Made by a program: the position numbers and the translations under genes | Shown: piece after piece, positions 27,151 to 35,962 of the stretch | How the letters are laid out: every line of letters begins with the position of its first letter | Position numbering within the stretch: position 1 is the first letter of the stretch | Notes under the pieces: generated by a model | Told to the model about the DNA's origin: nothing | The model's input: the letters and a program-made list of their open reading frames with translations, nothing else | Database searches by the model: none | Origin: an uncultured Gammaproteobacteria bacterium | GTDB lineage: Bacteria; Patescibacteriota; Patescibacteriia; 2-01-FULL-39-33 | DNA: 64,000 nt | Assembly: GCA_964558935.1 (NCBI GenBank) | Contig: CAZLFP010000001.1 | Coordinates: 83,260 to 147,259, forward strand | Direction of reading: 5' to 3'

Positions 27151-28164
27151 TTAAAAAATGTTAAAGAGTTTACCCACGAACAAAATATACAGAATTAGAT
27201 AGAAAGCACCTTCCCACATATGAATTCGTCTTGAGATACCGGAAATTACAAAGAGCAAAGTAGCTAAAGCCATAACCGGTACACCAATGAGAAAAGTTTG
27301 TTCATCCACAGCCAGTGTCGTAAACAAGCCGGGAATGCCAATTACGACTAAAGCGTTGAAAATATTAGAGCCAAATACATTACCAATCGCCATTTCTGAC
27401 TTATGATTGCGAATGGCTTTAATGGAAACAATTAATTCGGGTAGAGATGTACCAAGAGCCACAGCCGTAATGGCGATGACACCGGCACCGATGTTGATCA
27501 TTTCAGACAATTTAATCACTGATTCAATTAAATAATTGGCACCAACCACTAAGCCGGCCAAGCCTAAGAATAGCAAACCAAAATCCCGAGCTGTCAATTT
27601 AGGTTTTTGACTGGTTTCTTTGGTTTTTTTGTGATCTTTTTTAATCACCGACTTTCTTCTTCTGTCTGGTCTGGCTGGTAAAATATCTGCGATTTCGACT
27701 GAATCATCATCATCTTTATGTAAAATAGTGTAAAGCAGATATATGATGTAAGTAATTAACAGTAGAATTGATTCACCCAGAGTAATTTGTCTGTCAACCA
27801 CCGTCACCAACAAAACGACCGTACTAATGGCCAATAGGGGTAAATCTAAATCAATTAAAGACTTGGTTACAATTAATTTCTTGCCAATTAAGGCACTGAG
27901 TCCGATAATCAGCAGAATATTGGCAATATTCGAACCAATTGCATTAGCAGCGACAATTTCTGTCACTCCCCTAAAAACTGCCAATAATGAAGAAATTAGT
28001 TCAGGAAAGGAAGTACCTAAGCCGACAATCACCACTCCGATAATAAAAGGAGACAGTCCAATGGCTAAGCCAATTCTCTCAGCGCTACCCAGCAGCCAGT
28101 CCGCCCCTTTAACTAAGGCGAATAAGGAAGCAGCAAAAACTAAAACCCAAAGTAAAATTTCCAT
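27151..28164 (-). CDS. Na+/Ca2+ exchanger (CaCA family, YrbG-like)
   Basis: Two alpha-repeats: GTSFPEL and GTSLPEL. Confidence 0.8.
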   Translation of the reverse strand: MEILLWVLVFAASLFALVKGADWLLGSAERIGLAIGLSPFIIGVVIVGLGTSFPELISSLLAVFRGVTEIVAANAIGSNIANILLIIGLSALIGKKLIVTKSLIDLDLPLLAISTVVLLVTVVDRQITLGESILLLITYIIYLLYTILHKDDDDSVEIADILPARPDRRRKSVIKKDHKKTKETSQKPKLTARDFGLLFLGLAGLVVGANYLIESVIKLSEMINIGAGVIAITAVALGTSLPELIVSIKAIRNHKSEMAIGNVFGSNIFNALVVIGIPGLFTTLAVDEQTFLIGVPVMALATLLFVISGISRRIHMWEGAFYLILYILFVGKLFNIF

Positions 28165-28238
28165 AGAGTTGAAAATTATTATGTCTATCTCTAAATGATT
28201 AAATTTATTATACCATATATTTCCCTAAATGATTAACC

Positions 28239-28267
28239 TTGCCAAAATTCATTTTATTTGTTATAAT
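28239..28267 (+). promoter_or_regulatory. tRNA-Lys promoter (TTGCCA-N17-TATAAT)
   Basis: Sequence match located about 20 nt upstream of the tRNA 5' end. Confidence 0.4.
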
Positions 28268-28288
28268 AAGATAGTTAAAACTTAGTTT

Positions 28289-28361
28289 GCGCCTATAGCT
28301 CAGTTGGTAGAGCAACAGCCTTTTAAGCTGATGGTCCCAGGTTCGAGTCCTGGTGGGCGTA
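28289..28361 (+). tRNA. tRNA-Lys (anticodon UUU)
   Basis: Manual cloverleaf. Anticodon loop is CTTTTAA and the T-arm is CCAGG-TTCGAGT-CCTGG. Confidence 0.8.
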
Positions 28362-28365
28362 CTGA

Positions 28366-28391
28366 AAAGACCTGTCTTGTGACAGGTCTTT
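28366..28391 (+). terminator. Hairpin after tRNA-Lys (aaagacctgtc-ttgt-gacaggtcttt)
   Basis: 11-bp perfect stem with a weak T tract. Confidence 0.45.
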
Positions 28392-28414
28392 AATATTAAT
28401 ATATTTAAGAATTA

Positions 28415-29644
28415 TTAGAATCTAATATTCTCACCTAAATTAGTGGCAGCAATAAACATAATAACAAAGATTAAGAAAAAGATCTGCCAAAAAAAGACCA
28501 TTAAACCATCTTTAGGCCTATTTCTAAATCCATAATAAACAGGTAAAGCTAATATAGATATGATAATTGTAATAATAATTAAGATAACTACCAGCAGCGT
28601 GGCTAAATCATTATGACGAACTAAATCATCTATCCATTCAGGCACTTTCATGGCGATATAGATAATAATTGGTATAATTAAAGCTCCAATTAAACCGGTT
28701 ATAGCAGCAAAATGTAAAGGCAAAGACTGTCTATCTTTTTGAAAAATGACCTGTTTTTTTATCGTTTCTTTCTTATTTTTAACCCGCCAGTTAATTAAGA
28801 ATACAGTCCCTATAATACCAGCTAATATTAAAATACCTATGAATAATTTAAGATAATATAATCCAAACCAGGTTTTAGCATACACACCCTTAACATGAAA
28901 GGTTTCATTTGGCAATAGATAATTAGCTGTTTTATTAATCTTGCCATAGGAACCAACTCGTCTAGAAAAATCTTGTAAAGCTGCAGATTCTTTAAATTCT
29001 GATCCCGCTGTCATAGCAGTATCAAAACCGGTATAGGCATAATCTATACTGGATTTTTGACCCTCAAAAAATAAATCTGTATCTACATTAACGGAAATTT
29101 TAGCTGTTGTAATATTATCGTCAACTCTTAAAGTTAAAAAATCAAAATTCTTTCGACCAAATAGACCGTTTTTAGCATAACCAAAACCTCGATAATGCAT
29201 TAGCACCACACCGGATTGAAAAGAATCAATGTAAGCATTTAAATCAACTGAATATGTATTCTCAGATTGATCAAAGTCCAATTTTTGATAAACGATTTCA
29301 TTTGGATTATCCCGATAAGATCTATTACATTCAGTATTACTTAAAATCTGCTTAGTTGTCTTGTTGCGACATATTTCCTGAAAGAAACTCACTTGTCCAA
29401 CATTAAGATCTAAAATTTCAACTTCTAAGTCATTAATTGGTACTTTTGTACCATTACTGGTAATAATTTTAGCTCCCACCACCACTTCTCCATTGCCCCT
29501 AAATAAGACAGAATAGAAATGTTCTTGGCCAAAAGGACCTGTTTCAGTAGATTCTGGATAATATGGTTCAGGTACAATAGTAGCTTGAGCTGTTAAACCA
29601 ATCAAAAAGCTAACTAAAAGGGTAAAAATTAGTTTAAATTTCAT
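28415..29644 (-). CDS. Exported hypothetical protein with two C-terminal TM helices
   Basis: 409 aa with signal peptide MKFKLIFTLLVSFLIGLTAQA. Confidence 0.5.
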   Translation of the reverse strand: MKFKLIFTLLVSFLIGLTAQATIVPEPYYPESTETGPFGQEHFYSVLFRGNGEVVVGAKIITSNGTKVPINDLEVEILDLNVGQVSFFQEICRNKTTKQILSNTECNRSYRDNPNEIVYQKLDFDQSENTYSVDLNAYIDSFQSGVVLMHYRGFGYAKNGLFGRKNFDFLTLRVDDNITTAKISVNVDTDLFFEGQKSSIDYAYTGFDTAMTAGSEFKESAALQDFSRRVGSYGKINKTANYLLPNETFHVKGVYAKTWFGLYYLKLFIGILILAGIIGTVFLINWRVKNKKETIKKQVIFQKDRQSLPLHFAAITGLIGALIIPIIIYIAMKVPEWIDDLVRHNDLATLLVVILIIITIIISILALPVYYGFRNRPKDGLMVFFWQIFFLIFVIMFIAATNLGENIRF

Positions 29645-29779
29645 ATTAATCTTTAATATTAATAAGTTAGATGATTGATGTATACATTATAGTTCAGAAT
29701 GATTTAAATAACCAGGATAACCTGTTTACAAACTAGATTTGCTTTAATGGATATCATCAGCTAAAATAAAGCTAAATTT

Positions 29780-31192
29780 ATGCCGGATCAGACTCAAAGT
29801 TTAAACAAATTACCACCCCAAAACCTCGAAGCCGAAGAATCGCTGTTGGGTGCTTTACTCTTGGACAAGGATGCTGTCATTAAAGTGGCAGACTTAGTTA
29901 CCGGTGAAGACTTTTATTCAGATAATAATGGTTTGATTTACGATACTATTCTGGAACTGTTTGAGAAAAAACAAGCCATTGATCTATTGAGCTTAACCAG
30001 TCGATTACAGGAGAGAAACATACTGGACAAGATCGGAGGCCGCAGCTACTTGGTTAATTTGGGTAATCAGGTCCCCTCTTCCGCCCATGTCATATCCTAT
30101 GCTCAAATAATTCAGAAGAAAGCGACATTAAGAAGATTGATTTCTGCTGCTAACCATATTCTGGAGTTGGGTTTCCAGGAAGAGAAAGAGATTAATGAAG
30201 TCTTAGATAAATCTGAACAGTCCATTTTTAGTGTTTCCCAAAAATATTTAAAAGAAAAGTTTACCCCCATCAAGGACATACTGGCCGGTGCTTTTGAAAG
30301 AATTGAAGAATTACATCGAGAAAAAGGTAAGCTCAGAGGCTTACCCACTGGTTTTAAACAGTTGGATAACTTATTGGGCGGTTTGCAAAAATCAGATTTG
30401 GTGATTTTAGCAGCCAGACCTTCGGTCGGTAAAACTTCCTTAGCTTTGGATATGGCCAGGCAAATCGCCACCAAGGCCAAAAAAGCAGTGGGTATTTTTT
30501 CATTGGAAATGTCCAAAGAACAGTTAGTGGATAGGTTGATTTGTGCTGAAGCGGGAATTGGACTGTGGAAAATGCGTACCGGTAGATTGTCTGAAGGTGG
30601 TGATGATTTTCCGAAAATCGGACAGGCTATGAGTGAATTGTCTGAATCCCAAATCTATATCGATGATTTTGCCAATACCAATGTGATGGAACTTAGAACC
30701 AAAGCCAGGAGACTTCAAATGGAACATGGCTTGGATATTATTATCTTAGACTATTTACAATTAATGGAAGGCACTGGTTCTCGGTCATCAGATAATCGAG
30801 TTCAGGAAATTGCTGAAATTTCCAGAGCTTTAAAAGGGATTGCCAGAGAATTAGATATACCGGTGTTAGCTTTATCTCAGCTGTCAAGAGCGGTTGAAGC
30901 CAATCATCCAGCCATTCCCAAGCTCTCCCATCTTAGAGAATCCGGCTCTATTGAGCAAGACGCTGATGTGGTTATGTTTATCTACCGTAAAGCTGCTGAC
31001 CGGGGGTATGATCTTAATTCATTGTCAGAAGAAGAAAAACATACGGCTGAAATCCATATTGCCAAGCACAGAAATGGACCAACCGGCGTAGTTAATCTGT
31101 ATTTCGATGCTGAACAGGTCTGTTTCAAAAATTTAGACACTACCCATGAAGTACCGGCTGATGTGGATCATGAGGTTCAAGCTGCTATTTAA
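29780..31192 (+). CDS. dnaB: Replicative DNA helicase DnaB
   Basis: 470 aa. Walker A is ARPSVGKTSLALDMA, and an SQLSRAVE-type motif is present. Confidence 0.9.
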   Translation: MPDQTQSLNKLPPQNLEAEESLLGALLLDKDAVIKVADLVTGEDFYSDNNGLIYDTILELFEKKQAIDLLSLTSRLQERNILDKIGGRSYLVNLGNQVPSSAHVISYAQIIQKKATLRRLISAANHILELGFQEEKEINEVLDKSEQSIFSVSQKYLKEKFTPIKDILAGAFERIEELHREKGKLRGLPTGFKQLDNLLGGLQKSDLVILAARPSVGKTSLALDMARQIATKAKKAVGIFSLEMSKEQLVDRLICAEAGIGLWKMRTGRLSEGGDDFPKIGQAMSELSESQIYIDDFANTNVMELRTKARRLQMEHGLDIIILDYLQLMEGTGSRSSDNRVQEIAEISRALKGIARELDIPVLALSQLSRAVEANHPAIPKLSHLRESGSIEQDADVVMFIYRKAADRGYDLNSLSEEEKHTAEIHIAKHRNGPTGVVNLYFDAEQVCFKNLDTTHEVPADVDHEVQAAI

Positions 31193-31206
31193 TCATAATA
31201 TAGAAT

Positions 31207-31503
31207 ATGTTCAACAAATTAAAACAAATTCAAGATCTGAGACAGCAAGCCAACCAAATTAAAACTGCTTTGGCTCAAGAGACGGTTGAAGGCAGTGGAG
31301 CTTGGGGTAAAATTATCATTACCATGGATGGTAACCAAGAAGTTAAGCAAGTTCAGATAGATCCTGAAATTTTGTCAGATCAGTCAAAAGTTGAGACGGG
31401 AGTTAAAGATGCTACAAATGATGCGATTAAAAAGGTGCAAAAAGTCATGGCTCAAAAAATGCAGCAAATGGGTGGTTTGAATTTACCGGGCATGGGTCAA
31501 TAA
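31207..31503 (+). CDS. ybaB: Nucleoid-associated protein YbaB/EbfC
   Basis: 98 aa: MFNKLKQIQDLRQQANQ...GGLNLPG. Confidence 0.8.
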   Translation: MFNKLKQIQDLRQQANQIKTALAQETVEGSGAWGKIIITMDGNQEVKQVQIDPEILSDQSKVETGVKDATNDAIKKVQKVMAQKMQQMGGLNLPGMGQ

Positions 31504-31558
31504 AAAAGGCCTCATCACCAAAAAATGATGATGAGGCGTCGACGATGGACCGCTGTGA

Positions 31559-31597
31559 CTAGATAAAAGCAAGCAGGAACAGGATAAACGCGAACAT
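31559..31597 (-). CDS. 12-aa hydrophobic mini-ORF (MFAFILFLLAFI) with its own promoter, SD (GAGGAG) and terminator; likely a truncated paralog or leader of the Gly-zipper gene family
   Basis: Its promoter (TTGACA-N17-TAAGAT) and RBS context are near-identical to those of the two downstream small-protein genes. A hairpin plus T-run follows. Confidence 0.3.
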   Translation of the reverse strand: MFAFILFLLAFI

Positions 31598-31644
31598 GGC
31601 TTTCTCCTCGGTATTTCTACTGGCCCATCCAATAGAATAGAGCA

Positions 31645-31673
31645 TCTTAGCACATTAGTGTAATATTGTCAAG
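31645..31673 (-). promoter_or_regulatory. Promoter module copy 1 (TTGACA-N17-TAAGAT)
   Basis: Shares the cTTGACAatatta context with copy 2. Confidence 0.4.
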
Positions 31674-31708
31674 CGTAAAAAAATAACCCCTAACTTTGCA
31701 GCTAGGGG
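31673..31708 (-). terminator. Rho-independent terminator of the small-protein genes (ccccta...tagggg stem followed by T7 on the reverse strand)
   Basis: Hairpin plus poly-T just downstream of the stop at 31719. Confidence 0.5.
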
Positions 31709-31718
31709 GTGGAAAACT

Positions 31719-32015
31719 CTAGGCCAGGGAGCCGATCAGCAACAAGCCGACCAACCTGCCGAGACCAACAATGCCTTCGACTACCATGCCGACTACCGGA
31801 GCAATTCCGTGGTAGACGGCAATACCGGCACCAAACATGGCGCCGATAACCGGTGCCAGCATTTCACTGATCACCTCAATCGGACCTGCCGAATCCCATA
31901 ACATTGTCTTTCCTCCGTTGTCTAACCCAATGCCCAATGCATTAGATTGAAATATATTAGCATGTATTAATAATATTGTCAAGAGGAATATAATAAAAAA
32001 GGCCAAGATTCTCAT
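31719..32015 (-). CDS. Gly/Ala-rich glycine-zipper membrane peptide, paralog B. Likely true start is Met38 (MLWDSAGPIEV..., about 61 aa, RBS GGAGGA)
   Basis: The C-terminal 60 aa show a GxxxG/AxxxG periodicity. A promoter falls inside the annotated N-terminal extension. The gene is GC-rich (about 55%). Confidence 0.55.
   Translation of the reverse strand: MRILAFFIIFLLTILLIHANIFQSNALGIGLDNGGKTMLWDSAGPIEVISEMLAPVIGAMFGAGIAVYHGIAPVVGMVVEGIVGLGRLVGLLLIGSLA
31952..31980 (-). promoter_or_regulatory. Promoter module copy 2 (TTGACA-N17-TAATAT)
   Basis: Followed by RBS GGAGGAAAGACA-ATG of the MLWDSAG start. Confidence 0.4.
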
Positions 32016-32041
32016 AAGTCGCTACAAAGAGAATCTTGGCC
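32001..32041 (-). repeat. 13-bp perfect inverted repeat (ggccaagattctc ... gagaatcttggcc) between the two paralogous small genes
   Basis: Strong hairpin with no T-run. Candidate intercistronic processing or attenuation element. Confidence 0.5.
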
Positions 32042-32047
32042 GATAGC

Positions 32048-32497
32048 CTAGAGGGCAAGCACGAGTGCAATCCCCAGAATGCCGGCAATCCCGAACAAGG
32101 GACCGGCAATGAGGGCGCCTCCTACTAACAGCGGTATGCCAACGGCGACAACTGCTGTGGCAGCAAGAGCTAGGCCACCTACAAGCGCCGCACCGGTGCC
32201 CAGGGCAGCCAGGGTACCTCCCGTCAAAGCGATCAGATCGGTTCCGACATCAATGCCGGAATCATGACCGTAATCGAACTCGAAGGCCATGGCGGACTGA
32301 CTGGCACCCAACATGATCACCATGATCAATACCGGGAAAAACAGCTGTCGGATCACGTTCAGACTGAATTCCATCAACAGCCAAATGGGCTGCAGATTGA
32401 TTTCAAAGCTGGCCGTGGTTTCCTCCCACCAGTGCAATCCCGATGTAAGGGGGTTCCAATTCCACAACATATCGTTTTCCTCCAACATTTGGAACAA
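32048..32497 (-). CDS. Gly/Ala-rich glycine-zipper membrane protein, paralog A. Likely true start is Met10 (MLWNWNPLTSG..., about 140 aa, RBS GGAGGA)
   Basis: Internal signal-peptide-like segment (LFFPVLIMVIMLGASQSAMA) is followed by a 75-aa Gly-zipper. Shares the MLW start with paralog B. Confidence 0.55.
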   Translation of the reverse strand: MFQMLEENDMLWNWNPLTSGLHWWEETTASFEINLQPIWLLMEFSLNVIRQLFFPVLIMVIMLGASQSAMAFEFDYGHDSGIDVGTDLIALTGGTLAALGTGAALVGGLALAATAVVAVGIPLLVGGALIAGPLFGIAGILGIALVLAL

Positions 32498-32566
32498 ACG
32501 TTACGCACTTTCAATCTCTGACTTGTTCAGAGTTGAAGTGCTAATCCTAAACTTTAGGATCAAACC

Positions 32567-32595
32567 ATCTTACCATTATTACTCTTTTTTGTCAA
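32567..32595 (-). promoter_or_regulatory. Promoter module copy 3 (TTGACA-N17-TAAGAT) with a ~95-nt structured 5' UTR
   Basis: Same -10 hexamer as copy 1. Confidence 0.4.
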
Positions 32596-32610
32596 TAGTT
32601 AAGTATTAAA

Positions 32611-33102
32611 ATGACTAAATTTAAACAAATAAGTATTCAATATGCTGCCCAATTACTAAATTTGTGGCAAATGAATCTACTGGAACCGGCCAATTTTTTA
32701 GTAGATCCGGATAAATTTGATGTTAATCTTCAAGATCTCCAAGCTCAACTTAATTCCCCTTATGACCATTACTTCGGTGCTTTTAACGGTCAACAATTAA
32801 TCGCTTATTGCCTGCTGAGGCAGGGTGAGTATTTAAAAAACCGGCATACTGCCAGCTTGGAAATCTATGTCAGACCGGAAGTGCGAGAACAAGGAATTGG
32901 TTTGTCTTTATGTCAATTCAGTTTAAACAATATCAGACAACAAGGTGTGAAGCGTGTTACACTAGAGGTATGGGCCAATAATCCATCTGCTTTAAAGTTG
33001 TATCAAAAGATGGGTTTTAAATTAGAGGGAACTTGCCACAAGGCATATAAAATTGGAGCCAAGTATGTAGATAGTTATTTACTGGCCAAGTGGTTAGCCT
33101 AA
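32611..33102 (+). CDS. GNAT-family N-acetyltransferase
   Basis: 163 aa with VRPEVREQGIGLSLCQ (acetyl-CoA-binding motif A). Confidence 0.7.
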   Translation: MTKFKQISIQYAAQLLNLWQMNLLEPANFLVDPDKFDVNLQDLQAQLNSPYDHYFGAFNGQQLIAYCLLRQGEYLKNRHTASLEIYVRPEVREQGIGLSLCQFSLNNIRQQGVKRVTLEVWANNPSALKLYQKMGFKLEGTCHKAYKIGAKYVDSYLLAKWLA

Positions 33103-33710
33103 TTATTATAACTATGCATCCCAAACAAATCCAAAATTTGATTAATCAATTAGCTAGATTACCGAGTATTGGCCCCAAAAGCGCTGAAAGATTGGTTTTT
33201 TATTTGGTTAAACAGTCTCAAGCAGACTTGGAGATCTTGGCTAAAAGTATTCAAGATTTAAAGGCTAGTTTAACCACGTGTGAATGTTGTGGCAATTATA
33301 CCGTCGCTAATCCTTGCAGTATTTGTTCAGATACCAGACGTAATCGAGGTTTAATTTGTGTCGTCGCCAAACCGCAAGATATTTTAGCTTTGGAGAAAAC
33401 CGGTCACTATCACGGAGTCTACCATCTTTTGGGTGGCACTTTAAATGCACTGGCAGACATTAAACCCTCGGATTTAAATCTAAGTCGGTTAATTCAAAGA
33501 TTAAAAAAAGATCAAATTCAAGAAGTCATCTTAGCCTTTAACCCGGATATGGAAGGAGAAACTACCATGCTTTATTTAGCCAAACTGATCAAACAATATC
33601 CAGATATTAAAATCAGTCGTTTAGCTAGAGGTTTGCCCATGGGTGCTGATCTGGAGTACGCTGATGAGGTGACGCTCGACAATGCCCTAAACAGTCGTCA
33701 GTCCATCTAA
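33090..33710 (+). CDS. recR: Recombination protein RecR
   Basis: Zn-finger CECCGNYTVANPCSICSD plus a Toprim domain. Confidence 0.85.
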   Translation: MVSLIIITMHPKQIQNLINQLARLPSIGPKSAERLVFYLVKQSQADLEILAKSIQDLKASLTTCECCGNYTVANPCSICSDTRRNRGLICVVAKPQDILALEKTGHYHGVYHLLGGTLNALADIKPSDLNLSRLIQRLKKDQIQEVILAFNPDMEGETTMLYLAKLIKQYPDIKISRLARGLPMGADLEYADEVTLDNALNSRQSI

Positions 33711-33734
33711 AAACCGCTCTACTGAGCGGTTTTT

Positions 33735-34037
33735 TTAAATAGACTGGATTTTAACTTGTGAGTACGTTTGTCTATGTCCAAATTTTGTTGCTTGTCTGGT
33801 TTTTGGCTTGTATTTAATACCTGTTACCTTAGCTGATTTTCCAACCTGAGTCACCTGGCCAGTCACTTTACTGGCTAACATTGGAGTACCCAATTCCACA
33901 CTAGCTTGGTCTGCTTTCAGTAATGTATCAAATTCAACTGTCTCACCGATTTCAGCTTGTAATTTTTCGACTTTCAGACTGTCGCCTGGCTTGACAATGT
34001 ACTGTTTACCACCTGTTTTAATAATCGCTAAACTCAT
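33735..34037 (-). CDS. rplU: 50S ribosomal protein L21
   Basis: MSLAIIKTGGKQYIVKPGDSLKVEKL. Confidence 0.85.
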   Translation of the reverse strand: MSLAIIKTGGKQYIVKPGDSLKVEKLQAEIGETVEFDTLLKADQASVELGTPMLASKVTGQVTQVGKSAKVTGIKYKPKTRQATKFGHRQTYSQVKIQSI

Positions 34038-34088
34038 ATTATAGATTTAAGATTTACCCTCATATATTACCTAATAATACATACTTTG

Positions 34089-34535
34089 TCAATATTTAAA
34101 AACATCCCCTACCTGAATGTCATATTTGTCCACAAAACCTGCGTTAACTTCCAATACTAAATTAACCTCAGTGTTGGAAGAACAGGTTTTCGGATGCTGA
34201 TGCAGTTCCGGAGCCGGCATATCCTGACAATAGCCAATCACTTGGTTGTCTCGAATCCAAATAATATCCAAGGGAAAATTCATGTGTCGCATGACAAAAG
34301 TTCGAGGCTCATATTCATCGAAAATAAACAGCATGCCAGTGTTTGCTGGTAATTCTACTCGGTTGCTTAATCCTTGGTAACGCTCTTGTGGATCATCTGC
34401 AATTTCCAAGCGAATCATATGCTTACCTATTTGTGCTTTGGGCAACAAATAATTGTAATAGATGAGAAAGCCTGAGACAGCCAGACCAATCACCATCAGT
34501 AGAGCTAATAAATCAAGAAGTTTGGATTTTAACAT
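34089..34535 (-). CDS. DUF192 domain membrane-anchored protein
   Basis: N-terminal TM segment plus FPLDIIWI, a DUF192-like motif. Confidence 0.5.
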   Translation of the reverse strand: MLKSKLLDLLALLMVIGLAVSGFLIYYNYLLPKAQIGKHMIRLEIADDPQERYQGLSNRVELPANTGMLFIFDEYEPRTFVMRHMNFPLDIIWIRDNQVIGYCQDMPAPELHQHPKTCSSNTEVNLVLEVNAGFVDKYDIQVGDVFKY

Positions 34536-35574
34536 GTAGATAATATGATAAAGTGACCATTAAGATGATTAAGACGCTTAAACTGATTAACTTACCCAAA
34601 CTGGTGGACATAACAGCCAGAGATCCAAATACCAGTGCGATTAAATAGAATATCAGAACCACCTGTCTTTTGGATAAGCCGATTTTTAAGAGTTGGTAGT
34701 GCAAATGTTTGTTATCTGCATGACGAAAGGGAGACTGACCGGCTAAGAGTCTTTGAATAATCACCCAAATTAAGTCTAGAATCGGCAAACCAATAATGAG
34801 TAAAGTAGTAATAATCTTTGAGCCTGAGATGATAGATAAAATACCGAGTAAAAAACCGACAGCTACACTCCCCCCTTCTCCTAAAAATATTTTAGCCGGT
34901 TGCCAATTAAAGATCAAGAAACTCAGACAAGCACCCAACAGAGCCAATGACCAAAAACTGGTCGCTGACGCTGAAATATCCCAACTTAGACTAAGAATAA
35001 AGATGTAGAAACTAGCAATAGCTGTCATGCCAGTGACCAAACCATCCAAGCCATCTAAGATTTTAGTTGTGTACATCATACCCATCAGCCAGATAAAAGT
35101 GACCATATAACTGACTATGGGACCAAGATAGATAATGGCATGATCAGGTCCTCCGAATGGGTTGGTTATGTATGAAATATTAATACCCGCCAGCAAAGTT
35201 ATACCGGCTGCCATAAGTGGCCAAATGATTTGTTGCCAGGGTTTGAGATTATACTTGTCATCCAAATAACCACCTATGAGAATTAAAATACAGCTTACAA
35301 TGACGGATAATATATAGCTATCAGGAATTTTATCAAAGTTAGCCAAGTGCCAAATTCTACCGAAAATTAACATCACTAACACAGAGATAATAATGGCAGT
35401 CCCACCCAATAAGGGTATGGGCTGTTGATGAACTTTTCTTGGCAAATTCGGCTTATCTATAATCTGGTTAGCTAGAGCAAAGTGGCGAATAACCGGCACT
35501 AATACGAGGGTCAAGCCAAAACTACCCAATAAAGCGATCACATAATTAATGTTTAAGTTAAGCATACTGCGCAA
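34513..35574 (-). CDS. Polyprenyl-phosphate N-acetylhexosamine-1-phosphate transferase (MraY/WecA/TagO family)
   Basis: 10-11 TM segments and a GGYLDDKYNLKP (DDxxD) motif. Confidence 0.65.
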   Translation of the reverse strand: MRSMLNLNINYVIALLGSFGLTLVLVPVIRHFALANQIIDKPNLPRKVHQQPIPLLGGTAIIISVLVMLIFGRIWHLANFDKIPDSYILSVIVSCILILIGGYLDDKYNLKPWQQIIWPLMAAGITLLAGINISYITNPFGGPDHAIIYLGPIVSYMVTFIWLMGMMYTTKILDGLDGLVTGMTAIASFYIFILSLSWDISASATSFWSLALLGACLSFLIFNWQPAKIFLGEGGSVAVGFLLGILSIISGSKIITTLLIIGLPILDLIWVIIQRLLAGQSPFRHADNKHLHYQLLKIGLSKRQVVLIFYLIALVFGSLAVMSTSLGKLISLSVLIILMVTLSYYLHVKIQTS

Positions 35575-35617
35575 TAAGGAAAGACTCTAATCTAGGATTA
35601 GAGTCGGTTGGCTGAGG

Positions 35618-35881
35618 TTAGGTTAAGATTGCTGGATCATCAGAGATTTCAATCTCCCAAGTTTCCAGATCAAAATCGCCAATCGGAATACTGTGTACGG
35701 CTCCATTGTCTGTCTTGGCGAAAATTTGAGTCGTGGGGTACTTTTTCGCCATGTGAGCGAAAACCTGGAAAGCTGTTTCCGGATCAGCGCTATAGCCTGT
35801 GAAATTCCTGATCTCACAACTCTGACCCTGAAACCTGCCTTTCCAGGCTCGACATCGAATGGTAGATGTTGGCTGTATCAC
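35618..35881 (-). CDS. Small hypothetical protein (87 aa, GTG start); GC-enriched islet
   Basis: AAGGGAG lies 7 nt upstream of the GTG. Competing ORFs on both strands stem from elevated GC. Confidence 0.35.
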   Translation of the reverse strand: MIQPTSTIRCRAWKGRFQGQSCEIRNFTGYSADPETAFQVFAHMAKKYPTTQIFAKTDNGAVHSIPIGDFDLETWEIEISDDPAILT

Positions 35882-35962
35882 GTATTTACTCCCTTAAATC
35901 ATGATTCCGGTTTAGGATTACTCCTCAGACACCTGCATTATATCATAAGCCTTAATTATTGA

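Noticed and set aside
29645-29779. Possible DnaA box (ggataacc) upstream of dnaB suggesting oriC
   Set aside because: It is a single degenerate box with no cluster or AT-rich DUE pattern beyond background. dnaB is not normally oriC-adjacent.
32079-32609. Plus-strand ORFs 32079..32267, 32264..32521 and 32313..32609 in the GC-rich islet
   Set aside because: They are antisense to the Gly/Ala-rich genes. GC-rich DNA generates long spurious antisense frames (Pro/Ala/Arg-rich). The reverse-strand genes have promoters, SDs and a terminator.
35608-35962. Multiple overlapping ORFs on both strands at 35608..35962
   Set aside because: The elevated GC produces ORFs in several frames. Only the 87-aa reverse-strand frame (GTG start with SD) was kept, and even that at low confidence.
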